A DNA stretch of 34,407 nucleotides from a virus (taxonomy: Duplodnaviria > Heunggongvirae > Uroviricota > Caudoviricetes > Peduoviridae), in IMG/VR virus record IMGVR_UViG_2541047772_000007. One strand, written 5' to 3'. The first letter of the stretch is position 1. The number at the start of each line of letters is the position of its first letter. The position numbers and the translations under genes are program-made. This document shows positions 19,373 to 28,933 of this stretch, piece after piece. Below the pieces are notes generated by a model. It was not told the origin of the DNA. It worked only from the letters and a program-made list of their open reading frames with translations, and made no database searches.

Positions 19373-20446
19373 TTACGCTCCCGGCTCTGCGGTCACTTTA
19401 GTCGGTGTGGAGAAGTCACCGACCTTAATTTTTTCCACCAGACAACCGGCGGCGTAGTCTTCCACCACGTAATCAATGTTCATTGACTCGTAGTTCTCCA
19501 CGCGGTCGAGTTTCGGGTTTTCCACAATCACGCGGCGATGGCTGTCATCCATGTAGTAGATGGACAGGTTTTCCAGCTTCGTGATGAGCATCGCATCCGC
19601 CGGGAAGTACGGGACGCGTACCGCCGGCAGGTTACCGATGCGTTTCTGGCTGATGATGACGTCAGCGGCCAGCATCTCGCTGTTGTCCTGCTCCTTGTTG
19701 ACGATGGGGAAATACTTGTCCGCCAGTAGCTGACGCCCCACAATCACCACAAGGTCAGGGTCTTCCTGATACCACGGCTCAATCAGGTTGTTGGTCGCAT
19801 CCATCACCAGTGCATCGAGGCTGGCATAATCACCGCCCTTACCCACGCGGATGACCTCAGAGGTCGTGTGACCTTCCTCGTCAGTAACCTTGCTCATCAC
19901 GCGCGCCGGGGCTTCATTGCGGTATTTCTGCAGCCAGCCGACCGCCACATCCTGCAGCATCGGATTGCTGCTGCGGTCAGAGGTTTCGGCACGCCTCACG
20001 CCGTTAAAACCGGCCATGATTAAATCAAGGGACTGGCGTTTGATAATGGCGTTACGGACACGGAGCTGGAAATCCTGATAACGCGCCCACAGGTCAAGCG
20101 TTTTGTAGCGGATATAAAAATCGAAGTTAATCTGGTCGCATTCGTACTTGTTTGACGCCAGCTTCGAGAAGTCCTTCGGCTGACGCTCGGTGCCACCGGC
20201 GGTGTCTGTGGTGCTGGCGATGGAGCCGGTGACACCAATACCAATTTTTTCCCCTTTCATTTCGCTGACCGGCACAATGTTGATGCGGGTCAGAAAGTCA
20301 GAGGACTCCTGCATGGTGTTCATCAGGGTCTGGGTGACCGACGGTTCAACGGTGAATTTTTTCGACACATCACCGGCGTCGATGCCGTTCAGTTCGGCAA
20401 CACGGGACAGGTAGGCATTAAATTTAAAGCGGGTTTCCTGGCGCAT
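19373..20446 (-). CDS. N: Major capsid protein N (357 aa)
   Basis: Length and synteny with P2 N. Confidence 0.9.
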   Translation of the reverse strand: MRQETRFKFNAYLSRVAELNGIDAGDVSKKFTVEPSVTQTLMNTMQESSDFLTRINIVPVSEMKGEKIGIGVTGSIASTTDTAGGTERQPKDFSKLASNKYECDQINFDFYIRYKTLDLWARYQDFQLRVRNAIIKRQSLDLIMAGFNGVRRAETSDRSSNPMLQDVAVGWLQKYRNEAPARVMSKVTDEEGHTTSEVIRVGKGGDYASLDALVMDATNNLIEPWYQEDPDLVVIVGRQLLADKYFPIVNKEQDNSEMLAADVIISQKRIGNLPAVRVPYFPADAMLITKLENLSIYYMDDSHRRVIVENPKLDRVENYESMNIDYVVEDYAAGCLVEKIKVGDFSTPTKVTAEPGA

Positions 20447-20504
20447 AGTTTTTCCTGAAATTAAGGGTTAATCGTGAAGGTTTTCCCGGACTGGCTGACG
20501 CCGG

Positions 20505-21359
20505 TCAGCAGTTCGTCATCAGGGCGTCACCGCCACCGCCGGTGGCCTTGCTGCGGCGCTGCTGGGTCAGACTTTCGGTGTGGTCGAGACTGTTTTTCAG
20601 GCGGGTGAATGCCTGACTGGTTTCATCAGCCCTGTGAGTCACATCCTGCTTAAGTGCGGAAAAGGCGGTTTCCATCTCAGCAAGGCGCTGCTCAGTGGTG
20701 CTCAGTTTTTCCTGCACATGTTCAGCAACAGCGGTCACCGCTTCATGCACATCATTCAGACGGGCGTCATCGCTGGCCTGTTTGCGGCCAAAAATGGATT
20801 TCACCTTTTCGGTCAGGGCGGTGAACACGGTTTCAGGCAGGTCTTCAAATTCCAGCTCAACAGGCGTTGCCACTGAAATCAGGTTTTCAGGGCTTAATTT
20901 GAAGCGGTTCAGGGGGTTGTGTTTTGCCGTGCGGCAGAATTCCAGGTATTCCGTGCCAAGGCTTGCCGGGTCATCGGTGACGGCCAGCCCCACCAGATAA
21001 CATTTGCCGGTATTGGCAAAGTTCGGCTGAATTTCCATTGAGGTATAGACCTTCTGCGCGGCCTTGTTCATCGCGATAAGGTCATCGGTCGGGGTGATTT
21101 TCGCAAACAGCGCCCATTTGCCTTTCAGCGCCGAATCGTCATCAATCTTTTCGGCCTTCAGTTCGGCCACATCGCCATAACGTTTAAAAATGCCGTCAGG
21201 CAGGATGCCGCGCAGATGTTCCAGGTTAATGCGGCAACCATAGACTCGCGGGTCAAAGGTTTCGGCCATTTCCTGAATATCCTGCGCACTGATGACACGC
21301 CCGTCACAGGTGTCACCCTCAACGCCGATACGAAAGAATTTTGAGACTTTTTTTGCCAT
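20505..21359 (-). CDS. O: Capsid scaffolding protein O (284 aa)
   Basis: Begins MAKKVSKFFRIGVEGDT... as in P2 O; track ORF trimmed to this ATG. Confidence 0.85.
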   Translation of the reverse strand: MAKKVSKFFRIGVEGDTCDGRVISAQDIQEMAETFDPRVYGCRINLEHLRGILPDGIFKRYGDVAELKAEKIDDDSALKGKWALFAKITPTDDLIAMNKAAQKVYTSMEIQPNFANTGKCYLVGLAVTDDPASLGTEYLEFCRTAKHNPLNRFKLSPENLISVATPVELEFEDLPETVFTALTEKVKSIFGRKQASDDARLNDVHEAVTAVAEHVQEKLSTTEQRLAEMETAFSALKQDVTHRADETSQAFTRLKNSLDHTESLTQQRRSKATGGGGDALMTNC

Positions 21360-21532
21360 TGTCAGGAGTCCTGAATAGTGAGTAGAGGAGTCACATGTCG
21401 GCATCAGTTTCCCGACGATGCGCATCCTCCGCCATCAGTCCCGGATGGCTTATCACTGACACAACAGCACCTTAGCGAATCGCGGGGCGCGACTCAGTAG
21501 CCTTGCCGTGTATTCATCACGGCGAGGTATTC
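21360..21532. promoter_or_regulatory. Divergent late-promoter region between O (minus) and P (plus)
   Basis: Intergenic region separating the two divergent late operons; P2 late promoters of this kind are Ogr-dependent. The exact promoter elements were not resolved by eye. Confidence 0.4.
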
Positions 21533-23305
21533 ATGACCATCACCACAGACACCACTCTTTTACACGACCCGCGTCGTCAGGCGGCGCTGCTGTACTGGCA
21601 GGGGTTTTCCGTGCCGCAGATTGCCGCCATGTTGCAGATGAAACGCCCGACGGTGCAGAGCTGGAAACAGCGCGACGGCTGGGACAGTGTTGCCCCCATC
21701 AGCCGTGTCGAAATGAGCCTGGAAGCGCGGCTGACCCAGCTCATCATCAAACCGCAGAAAACCGGCGGTGACTTCAAGGAAATTGACCTTCTGGGACGCC
21801 AGATTGAACGACTGGCACGGGTAAACCGTTACAGTCAGACCGGCAACGAGGCAGACCTTAATCCGAACGTCGCTAACCGCAACAAAGGCGGGCGTCGCAA
21901 ACCGAAAAAGAATTTTTTCAGTGACGAGGCCATCGAAAAGCTGGAGCAGATTTTCTTTGAGCAGTCTTTCGACTATCAGTTGCACTGGTATCGCGCCGGG
22001 CTTGAGCACCGCATCCGCGATATCCTGAAATCCCGCCAGATTGGCGCGACGTTTTATTTTTCCCGCGAGGCGCTGCTGCGTGCCCTGAAAACCGGTCATA
22101 ACCAGATTTTTCTGTCGGCCAGTAAAACGCAGGCGTATGTATTCCGCGAATACATCATCGCCTTTGCCCGGCTGGTTGACGTTGACCTGACCGGTGACCC
22201 GATTGTCCTGGGCAATAACGGCGCAAAACTGATTTTTCTCGGCACCAACTCCAACACCGCGCAGAGCCATAACGGCGACCTGTACGTCGACGAGATTTTC
22301 TGGATCCCGAATTTTCAGGTACTGCGTAAGGTGGCATCAGGTATGGCCTCACAGAGTCACCTGCGCTCGACCTATTTCTCCACCCCGTCCACGCTGGCGC
22401 ACGACGCCTACCCGTTCTGGTCGGGTGAACTGTTCAACCGGGGACGCGCCAGCGCCGCCGAACGCGTGGAAATCGATGTCAGTCATAACGCCCTTGCCGG
22501 AGGTCTTCTCTGTGCGGACGGCCAGTGGCGACAGATTGTCACCATTGAGGACGCCCTGAAAGGCGGCTGCACGCTGTTTGACATTGAGCAGCTCAAACGC
22601 GAAAACAGCGCCGACGATTTTAAAAACCTGTTCATGTGTGAATTTGTTGACGACAAGGCATCGGTGTTCCCGTTCGAGGAGCTGCAACGCTGCATGGTCG
22701 ACACGCTGGAAGAATGGGAAGACTATGCGCCGTTTGCCGCCAATCCGTTCGGCTCCCGCCCGGTCTGGATTGGTTACGACCCGTCACACCGTGGCGACAG
22801 CGCCGGATGCGTGGTACTGGCACCGCCGGTGGTGGCCGGTGGCAAATTCAGAATACTTGAGCGTCACCAGTGGAAAGGCATGGACTTTGCCACTCAGGCG
22901 GAATCCATCCGCAAACTCACCGAAAAATACAACGTCGAATACATCGGTATTGATGCCACCGGCCTCGGTGTCGGCGTGTTCCAGCTCGTGCGCTCGTTCT
23001 ACCCCGCCGCGCGCGATATCCGCTACACGCCGGAAATGAAAACCGCAATGGTGCTCAAGGCAAAAGACGTCATCCGCCGTGGCTGTCTGGAATATGACGT
23101 CAGCGCCACCGACATCACCAGCTCGTTTATGGCTATCCGCAAGACCATGACCAGCAGCGGACGCAGCGCCACCTATGAGGCCAGCCGCAGCGAGGAAGCC
23201 AGCCACGCCGACCTCGCCTGGGCGACCATGCACGCCCTGTTAAATGAGCCACTCACCGCCGGTATCAGCACCCCGCTGACATCCACCATTCTGGAGTTTT
23301 ACTGA
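21533..23305 (+). CDS. P: Terminase large (ATPase) subunit P (590 aa)
   Basis: ATG preceded by a GAGG Shine-Dalgarno; begins MTITTDTTLLHDPRRQAALLYWQGFSVPQIAAMLQ...; 590 aa as for P2 P. Confidence 0.9.
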   Translation: MTITTDTTLLHDPRRQAALLYWQGFSVPQIAAMLQMKRPTVQSWKQRDGWDSVAPISRVEMSLEARLTQLIIKPQKTGGDFKEIDLLGRQIERLARVNRYSQTGNEADLNPNVANRNKGGRRKPKKNFFSDEAIEKLEQIFFEQSFDYQLHWYRAGLEHRIRDILKSRQIGATFYFSREALLRALKTGHNQIFLSASKTQAYVFREYIIAFARLVDVDLTGDPIVLGNNGAKLIFLGTNSNTAQSHNGDLYVDEIFWIPNFQVLRKVASGMASQSHLRSTYFSTPSTLAHDAYPFWSGELFNRGRASAAERVEIDVSHNALAGGLLCADGQWRQIVTIEDALKGGCTLFDIEQLKRENSADDFKNLFMCEFVDDKASVFPFEELQRCMVDTLEEWEDYAPFAANPFGSRPVWIGYDPSHRGDSAGCVVLAPPVVAGGKFRILERHQWKGMDFATQAESIRKLTEKYNVEYIGIDATGLGVGVFQLVRSFYPAARDIRYTPEMKTAMVLKAKDVIRRGCLEYDVSATDITSSFMAIRKTMTSSGRSATYEASRSEEASHADLAWATMHALLNEPLTAGISTPLTSTILEFY

Positions 23306-24339
23306 TGAGTAAGAAAAAAGGGAAAACACCGCAGCCAGCGGTGAAAACAATGACTGCCAGCGCCCCGAAAATGGAGGCATTCACCTTTGGCGAGCCGGTG
23401 CCGGTACTCGACCGCCGTGACATTCTGGATTATGTCGAGTGCATCAGTAACGGCAGATGGTATGAGCCACCAATCAGCTTTACCGGTCTGGCAAAAAGCC
23501 TGCGTGCTGCCGTGCATCACAGCTCCCCGATTTACGTCAAACGCAATATTCTGGCCTCGACATTTATCCCGCATCCGTGGCTTTCCCAGCAGGATTTCAG
23601 CCGCTTTGTGCTGGATTTTCTGGTGTTCGGTAATGCTTTTCTGGAAAAGCGATACAGCACCACCGGTAAGGTCATCAGACTGGAAACCTCACCGGCAAAA
23701 TATACCCGCCGTGGTGTGGAGGAGGATGTTTACTGGTGGGTGCCGTCCTTCAACGAGCCGACACCTTTCACGCCCGGCTCCGTGTTTCATCTGCTGGAGC
23801 CGGATATTAATCAGGAGCTGTACGGCCTGCCGGAATATCTCAGCGCCCTTAACTCTGCCTGGCTGAATGAGTCGGCCACGCTGTTCCGCCGCAAGTATTA
23901 CGAAAACGGCGCACATGCCGGATACATCATGTACGTCACTGATGCCGTGCAGGATCGCAACGATATCGAAATGCTCCGCGAAAACATGGTGAAGTCGAAA
24001 GGCCGCAACAACTTTAAAAATCTGTTTCTCTATGCCCCACAGGGGAAAGCCGACGGCATTAAAATTATCCCGCTCAGTGAAGTCGCAACGAAGGACGATT
24101 TTTTTAATATCAAAAAAGCCAGCGCCGCTGACCTGCTGGACGCGCACCGCATCCCCTTTCAGTTGATGGGCGGCAAGCCGGAGAACGTCGGGTCGCTGGG
24201 TGATATTGAGAAAGTGGCAAAGGTCTTTGTCCGCAATGAGCTTATCCCGCTACAGGACAGGATCCGCGAGATAAACGGCTGGCTCGGTCAGGAGGTCATC
24301 CGCTTTAAAAACTACTCACTGGACACTGACAACGGCTGA
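23305..24339 (+). CDS. Q: Portal protein Q (344 aa)
   Basis: 344 aa as for P2 Q; start overlaps the P stop. Confidence 0.9.
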   Translation: MSKKKGKTPQPAVKTMTASAPKMEAFTFGEPVPVLDRRDILDYVECISNGRWYEPPISFTGLAKSLRAAVHHSSPIYVKRNILASTFIPHPWLSQQDFSRFVLDFLVFGNAFLEKRYSTTGKVIRLETSPAKYTRRGVEEDVYWWVPSFNEPTPFTPGSVFHLLEPDINQELYGLPEYLSALNSAWLNESATLFRRKYYENGAHAGYIMYVTDAVQDRNDIEMLRENMVKSKGRNNFKNLFLYAPQGKADGIKIIPLSEVATKDDFFNIKKASAADLLDAHRIPFQLMGGKPENVGSLGDIEKVAKVFVRNELIPLQDRIREINGWLGQEVIRFKNYSLDTDNG

Positions 24340-24343
24340 ACAT

Positions 24344-24367
24344 CGCCGCCTGCGGGCGGCTTTTTTA
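24344..24367 (+). terminator. Intrinsic terminator after Q (GCCGCC-TGC-GGGCGGC followed by TTTTTT)
   Basis: GC-rich hairpin followed by a T6 run immediately after the Q stop. Confidence 0.6.
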
Positions 24368-24508
24368 CAACCCGCCATCACGCCCTCACACGCTCACCAC
24401 CGCACAAAACATCCCACAGACACACCAACGCCCCGGCGAACAATCTAAACGCCATCACGACGCGCTCAGACGCTGAAAAAATAAAATCAGCACCACCGCC
24501 AGCGCGCA

Positions 24509-24527
24509 GTGCTTTCCCCGCCTCGCC
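24509..24527. other. cos site: 19-nt cohesive-end sequence (reverse complement of GGCGAGGCGGGGAAAGCAC)
   Basis: GTGCTTTCCCCGCCTCGCC matches the P2 cohesive-end sequence as I recall it; located just beyond Q as in P2. +/-1 nt. Confidence 0.75.
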
Positions 24528-24949
24528 CGCCCGCTTCATGGGTCGGTTTTAATGCAGGTGCATGACCACCATGGTGTCGCGCCTATTCTGACGGAGCACG
24601 ATCTAAACTAGCAGCTCCAACGCATGCAAAACAATGCGCCTAATGCTTGCACATCTGAAAATAAAAATCGTGTAGAAAGATATAGCAAAGTCTGCATATT
24701 AAAGCTGGCTGGCACGCAACTCATATCGCAGTGATTTGCCAATTACATTGCGCAAAATTTACACTAACAACGGTTATCAAGAAGCAGGCGCAAATTGATT
24801 ATCAAAAACTCGATCTAATCTATTGATCTAGACACGAATATTTATGCATCCTGATATTGTTTTAAAGGTCTTTGATTGCCTAATCAAGTCCTGCACTACT
24901 TTGGCGTACAACACTTACATAAAGTTGAAAACTACAGAAGGGCACAAGA

Positions 24950-26035
24950 ATGGGTTACGAAGTTGATTTCTTAGCAGTTGGAGAAAAAAAAAGTGGAGAT
25001 GCTATCTGCATAAGATGGGGCAACCTCCACGGAACAAGAGCAGAGCAAAAAGTTGTCGTAATTGATGCGGGGTACGCAAGCACTGGTCCACAAATAATTG
25101 AACATTTACAGAAATACTATCATACAAATACTATTGACTTACTCATATCCACGCATCCAGATAGCGACCATGCTGGCGGCCTTGAGCATGTGATTGAGAA
25201 TGCGGAAGTCAAAGAGTTCTGGATTCACCAGCCTTGGGAGCATAATGAAAATCTCGCGCAGGAATTTGCTGATGGAAGGATAACAGATGCAAGTATTGCC
25301 AGACGTATACAAGATAATCTACAAAAAGCCTATGATGCCGTCAAATCAGCGAAAAAAAAAGGAATAGAAATTAAGGAGCCTTTTCAAGGCAGGACTTGGG
25401 ACAATTCTAAACTGGTTGTTATTGGACCAACACAAGCATACTATGAAACATTAATCCCCGATTTTGCAAGAATGCCTGAAAAAGCAGAAACAACTGCAAC
25501 CAGTGGTACAGATGCATATAACTACTTTTTTGAGAAAGCCAAAGAACAAGTCGAGTATATTGCTGATTGGTTCTCTGATGAGGGAATTGATGACAAGGAC
25601 ACAACTACTGCACAAAACAATTCAAGCGTTATATTAAAAATTGAAATTGACAATAAAACACTAGTATTTACAGGTGATGCAGGAATAACTGCATTAGATA
25701 TGGCTGCTGATCATATAAATAATAACTCATTATCATTTATTCAAGTGCCCCACCATGGAAGCAGGAGAAACATCGGTCCAGCGGTGCTAAATAAGCTCGT
25801 TGGAAATATTGTAAGCGAAGGAGGAAGAAGTGGTGTTTGTGCATTTATATCATGCGCACCGGATTCCGATAAACACCCTCATCAAGCGGTCATTAATGCT
25901 TTTACAAGGCGTGGAGCCAAAGTAGTCGCCACAGAAGGCACCAATAAACGCCATTCTAGTAATGCCCCCGCCAGAGATGGCTGGACTGCAGTCACCCCAC
26001 GCTCATACGCAAGGAGTTATAAGACTGAAGAATAA
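24950..26035 (+). CDS. ComEC-like metallo-beta-lactamase-fold hydrolase (361 aa), putative nuclease; cargo gene at the P2 tin/old position
   Basis: Motifs in the translation: FLAVGEKKSGDAICIRWG....VVVIDAGY, STHPDSDHAGG (HxDxDH metal-binding motif), LVFTGDAG, VPHHGS. Strongly AT-rich. This ORF is distinct from P2 tin and old (the P2 old product is an OLD-family ATPase-nuclease). Confidence 0.75.
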   Translation: MGYEVDFLAVGEKKSGDAICIRWGNLHGTRAEQKVVVIDAGYASTGPQIIEHLQKYYHTNTIDLLISTHPDSDHAGGLEHVIENAEVKEFWIHQPWEHNENLAQEFADGRITDASIARRIQDNLQKAYDAVKSAKKKGIEIKEPFQGRTWDNSKLVVIGPTQAYYETLIPDFARMPEKAETTATSGTDAYNYFFEKAKEQVEYIADWFSDEGIDDKDTTTAQNNSSVILKIEIDNKTLVFTGDAGITALDMAADHINNNSLSFIQVPHHGSRRNIGPAVLNKLVGNIVSEGGRSGVCAFISCAPDSDKHPHQAVINAFTRRGAKVVATEGTNKRHSSNAPARDGWTAVTPRSYARSYKTEE

Positions 26036-26041
26036 TTCGTT

Positions 26042-26061
26042 AAGCTGCCTTAGGGCAGCTT
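26042..26061. terminator. Bidirectional hairpin between the convergent cargo genes (AAGCTGCC-TTAG-GGCAGCTT)
   Basis: Perfect 8-bp inverted repeat in the short gap between the MBL gene stop and the membrane-protein gene stop; overlaps the last codons of the latter. Confidence 0.5.
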
Positions 26062-26538
26062 ATTATTAGCCTTACTCACTCTTAATGTAATAAACTTAAT
26101 TTGCTTAACGTACGACACAATAAAAACAAAAATCAAAAACAATGAAATCCATTTCGACGCCATGTAATCACCACCAACTACAAACGAAACAAAAAACAAA
26201 GAAAACAAAAAAACCAAGGACATAGAGAATAACGTCCTATACATATTTGCAGTTTCTTGAAGAAGCTCTATTTTATTATCCTTTCTACATGCTGAGATAT
26301 ATTCCTCATATGGAACAAATTTTACCAGCCCCAAAAACTTCAACACAGGCTCAAAAACAATAGACCCAATCCTTCCGATAATTATCCCCGTAAAATAGTA
26401 AAGTACCACATTCTTAACAACATCATCTGTGGATAATATCACATTGGTTGCCCGCTCAAACAAATAAATAAACAAAGCACCGGGAAAGAGATTGTTAAAT
26501 ATATTATAAGACGATATTTTTTCCCATAAACCATCCAT
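26050..26538 (-). CDS. Hypothetical small integral membrane protein (about 162 aa, about four predicted transmembrane helices); second cargo gene
   Basis: ATG (MDGLWEK...) preceded by an AAGGTG Shine-Dalgarno; the track ORF starts 3 codons earlier at a GTG. Hydrophobic segments LFPGALFIYLF, VVLYYFTGIIIGRIGSIVF, LFSMSLVFLFSLFFVSFVVGG, WISLFLIFVFIVSYV. AT-rich, convergent with the MBL gene. Confidence 0.7.
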   Translation of the reverse strand: MDGLWEKISSYNIFNNLFPGALFIYLFERATNVILSTDDVVKNVVLYYFTGIIIGRIGSIVFEPVLKFLGLVKFVPYEEYISACRKDNKIELLQETANMYRTLFSMSLVFLFSLFFVSFVVGGDYMASKWISLFLIFVFIVSYVKQIKFITLRVSKANNKLP

Positions 26539-26653
26539 ACAACACACCTTTTAACCAATTTTAAAGACGCCATTTTCATCAAAAGAAACAAAAATAGCAA
26601 GAACATCAGAACAAACTCTTTGAACACCTGAAAATATTATGTTCCGACACCAT

Positions 26654-28933
26654 TCATTTTGTAAAAGCAGAATATCCCAAACACACATCGATTGTAGGAT
26701 ATATAAACGTCTTCCTGCCATATGTTATGGTAGCCCCTCGCGCCAGCGCCTCAAGCTCCCATCGCTGCGGCCTGATACCGTTCTGAGCAAGGTCAACGCG
26801 GATACGGGTAATTTGCATTCGTTCCGACCGGGTCAGTCTGGCCGATGGCGCTATTTCATGCGGTTTTAACGGGCTTCCGTTTCTTTGCTGACGGTTTGGT
26901 CTTCTCAGGCCGTGTTTTAATGCGCTTCTGAGCGCCCTCACGACCTCCGGGTCATTCCATTCGATAACACCGTCATCAACCAGATTAAGCACTGCTGCGG
27001 CGTGCTCAGAAGGCGTGGGAGCCGGTAACGAAGTATCACCACCGGTGAGCTTTCCACAGTTATTGACAGGACTCCGAGGCGCGGCGATGCCGCTTTTTAA
27101 AGTCAAAGGCTCAACGACCGGAACTTTCGGCACAATGCGCCAGTCCGTCGTTCTGGTGATATGAATATGACGCGCGCCGAGATGCGGCGCGTAAATGCCG
27201 ACCACTCTCTCGACCTCTTCCTCGTACTCGTTAACATCATCCGACGGGCTACGGGCAACCCTGACAGTCTGACAATCACGCGGGACATTTGCCCCACCCT
27301 GCGCGCTGATATACAACGCAAAATCACCACTGTCTGCGGCAGCGCGAGCAGCCTCGACGCGTTCGTCAAACTCATCAGCAATACTGACGCCGCGAGGCAA
27401 TTTGCGTAGTTCACGGTAAGCCCCCATTGTCGGCAGTCCAACCGTTTTAAATTGCGGGATGCGCCACGTTGACGCCCATGCGGTAACAGCCGCGGCAGTA
27501 TCTTTAAGCGGCTTACCGGTATCGTTATCGAGCTGACCATCCAGTGCATAGCCGTCGATATTTTTTGAAATGTATTTCGCGATATATCCCGCAGCACCGC
27601 CCCGGTTAAGGTGTTTTGCCTGAAAACGGTTTCGCGCGGCTCCTCTTTCGTCGCCATCCTCTTTGAGCGCATAGCGGCGCATGATTTCGATAATCTGGTT
27701 ACGCTGGCGTGGATTACAAAAAAGCATCATATGCCAGTGCGGCGTTCCGTCGTGGTGTGGCTCGACGACTCGCAAACCGTAGACCTGTAAATCATTATCC
27801 TTGAATGCCGTGCGCATCAGGCTCCAGATACGGCAGAGATAACGCTGCGCATCCTTTGGATTGAATGCCTCATCATTCCAGCCGTGATTAAGCTGGACGG
27901 TTTTACTTTCGCCTTTTCCGACCTGACGTGTCGGGTGATACTTTGACGGCGCGGTCAGCGTGATAAACATCCCCACATCACCCTCTGCGGCGGCGTAACG
28001 CTCAATACCGGCAATGGTGTTCATCAGCTCCATCCGGCGAATTTCAGGATTAGAAATACTGCCCATCACCTTACTGATAAGGTCGATGCGCTCGCCGGTT
28101 TCCCTGTTTTCAAGGTCACACGATTTAAGAAATTCCAGATTTGCCTGGCGGCGCGCACGCACATCACGAATGGCGTGTTTACTGGCATAAGGAGAACGGT
28201 CTTTATTGACCTCCCCGACAGCTATCAGTAACGCTTCATGCCAGCGCATACGCTGGCCTTTAAGCTGATGAGTCCACCACTCATCGTTAAACAGACGGGC
28301 AATGGCAGAATATGCCTGCCTCGTGGTCATCAGCCCTTTACGGTATTTTTTCCAGTAGAGAGGGGAAATATTGAAAGCACGTGCAGCGCCAGCAACATGA
28401 CCATAGAGGTGAGCCTGCGCCTCATCCGTAAACAGCGATTCTTTTTCGCCATGCGCATCCACCCAGGCATCGCTGAGTTCCTCATACATCATGAAAAGCT
28501 GCGATGAGATACGGGCAGCAAACTTTTTCAGCTCCTTGTCATTCATTCCCGGCAGGCGCGCATAGTGGTCACGCTCTGCCAGAAACAGTAACGACGCGTC
28601 GGTGTTCATTTCATGGCGCTGATTCACACGCTCAATGCGCGGCCATAAACGACGCTGAAAAGTGGATGTGAGGAAATAAAACCCGTGCACCGGGCTTTTA
28701 TTGCGCCGGATGTAGTCATAGCGTGAAGTAAACAGCGAGCGCAAAAAGTAAGGCAGGCGGTTAATCGTGGATAAAACACCTTGCACCTGACGCATCTCGT
28801 CACGTGTAAGAGGTCTTTCGCGCCCGACAGCCTCGCGTGGCGCGTTCCATGCATAAGCACCGGTAAACGCCTTACCGGTGCCTGCGGCAAATGCTGACGG
28901 AGGGACAAAACGCCCGGAGGCTTTAACGGCCAT
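26654..28933 (-). CDS. A: Replication initiation protein A (rolling-circle nickase, about 759 aa)
   Basis: Begins MAVKASGRFVPPSAFAAGTGK... and contains the PHHDGTPHWH HUH-type motif; P2 A-like. The track ORF starts 14 codons upstream (alternative start 28975). Confidence 0.85.
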   Translation of the reverse strand: MAVKASGRFVPPSAFAAGTGKAFTGAYAWNAPREAVGRERPLTRDEMRQVQGVLSTINRLPYFLRSLFTSRYDYIRRNKSPVHGFYFLTSTFQRRLWPRIERVNQRHEMNTDASLLFLAERDHYARLPGMNDKELKKFAARISSQLFMMYEELSDAWVDAHGEKESLFTDEAQAHLYGHVAGAARAFNISPLYWKKYRKGLMTTRQAYSAIARLFNDEWWTHQLKGQRMRWHEALLIAVGEVNKDRSPYASKHAIRDVRARRQANLEFLKSCDLENRETGERIDLISKVMGSISNPEIRRMELMNTIAGIERYAAAEGDVGMFITLTAPSKYHPTRQVGKGESKTVQLNHGWNDEAFNPKDAQRYLCRIWSLMRTAFKDNDLQVYGLRVVEPHHDGTPHWHMMLFCNPRQRNQIIEIMRRYALKEDGDERGAARNRFQAKHLNRGGAAGYIAKYISKNIDGYALDGQLDNDTGKPLKDTAAAVTAWASTWRIPQFKTVGLPTMGAYRELRKLPRGVSIADEFDERVEAARAAADSGDFALYISAQGGANVPRDCQTVRVARSPSDDVNEYEEEVERVVGIYAPHLGARHIHITRTTDWRIVPKVPVVEPLTLKSGIAAPRSPVNNCGKLTGGDTSLPAPTPSEHAAAVLNLVDDGVIEWNDPEVVRALRSALKHGLRRPNRQQRNGSPLKPHEIAPSARLTRSERMQITRIRVDLAQNGIRPQRWELEALARGATITYGRKTFIYPTIDVCLGYSAFTK

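Noticed and set aside
10054-23866. Other overlapping or antisense track ORFs inside H, I, J, V, S, R, the lysis genes, M, N, O, P and Q
   Set aside because: Same reasoning: all are contained in, or antisense to, genes whose products match P2 proteins in length and order; no independent support.
26439-26869. Small ORFs 26439-26627 (minus) and 26639-26869 (plus) around the membrane-protein gene start and the A 3' end
   Set aside because: The first overlaps the 5' end and promoter region of the membrane-protein gene in another frame; the second runs antisense into the end of gene A. Neither has a clear Shine-Dalgarno.
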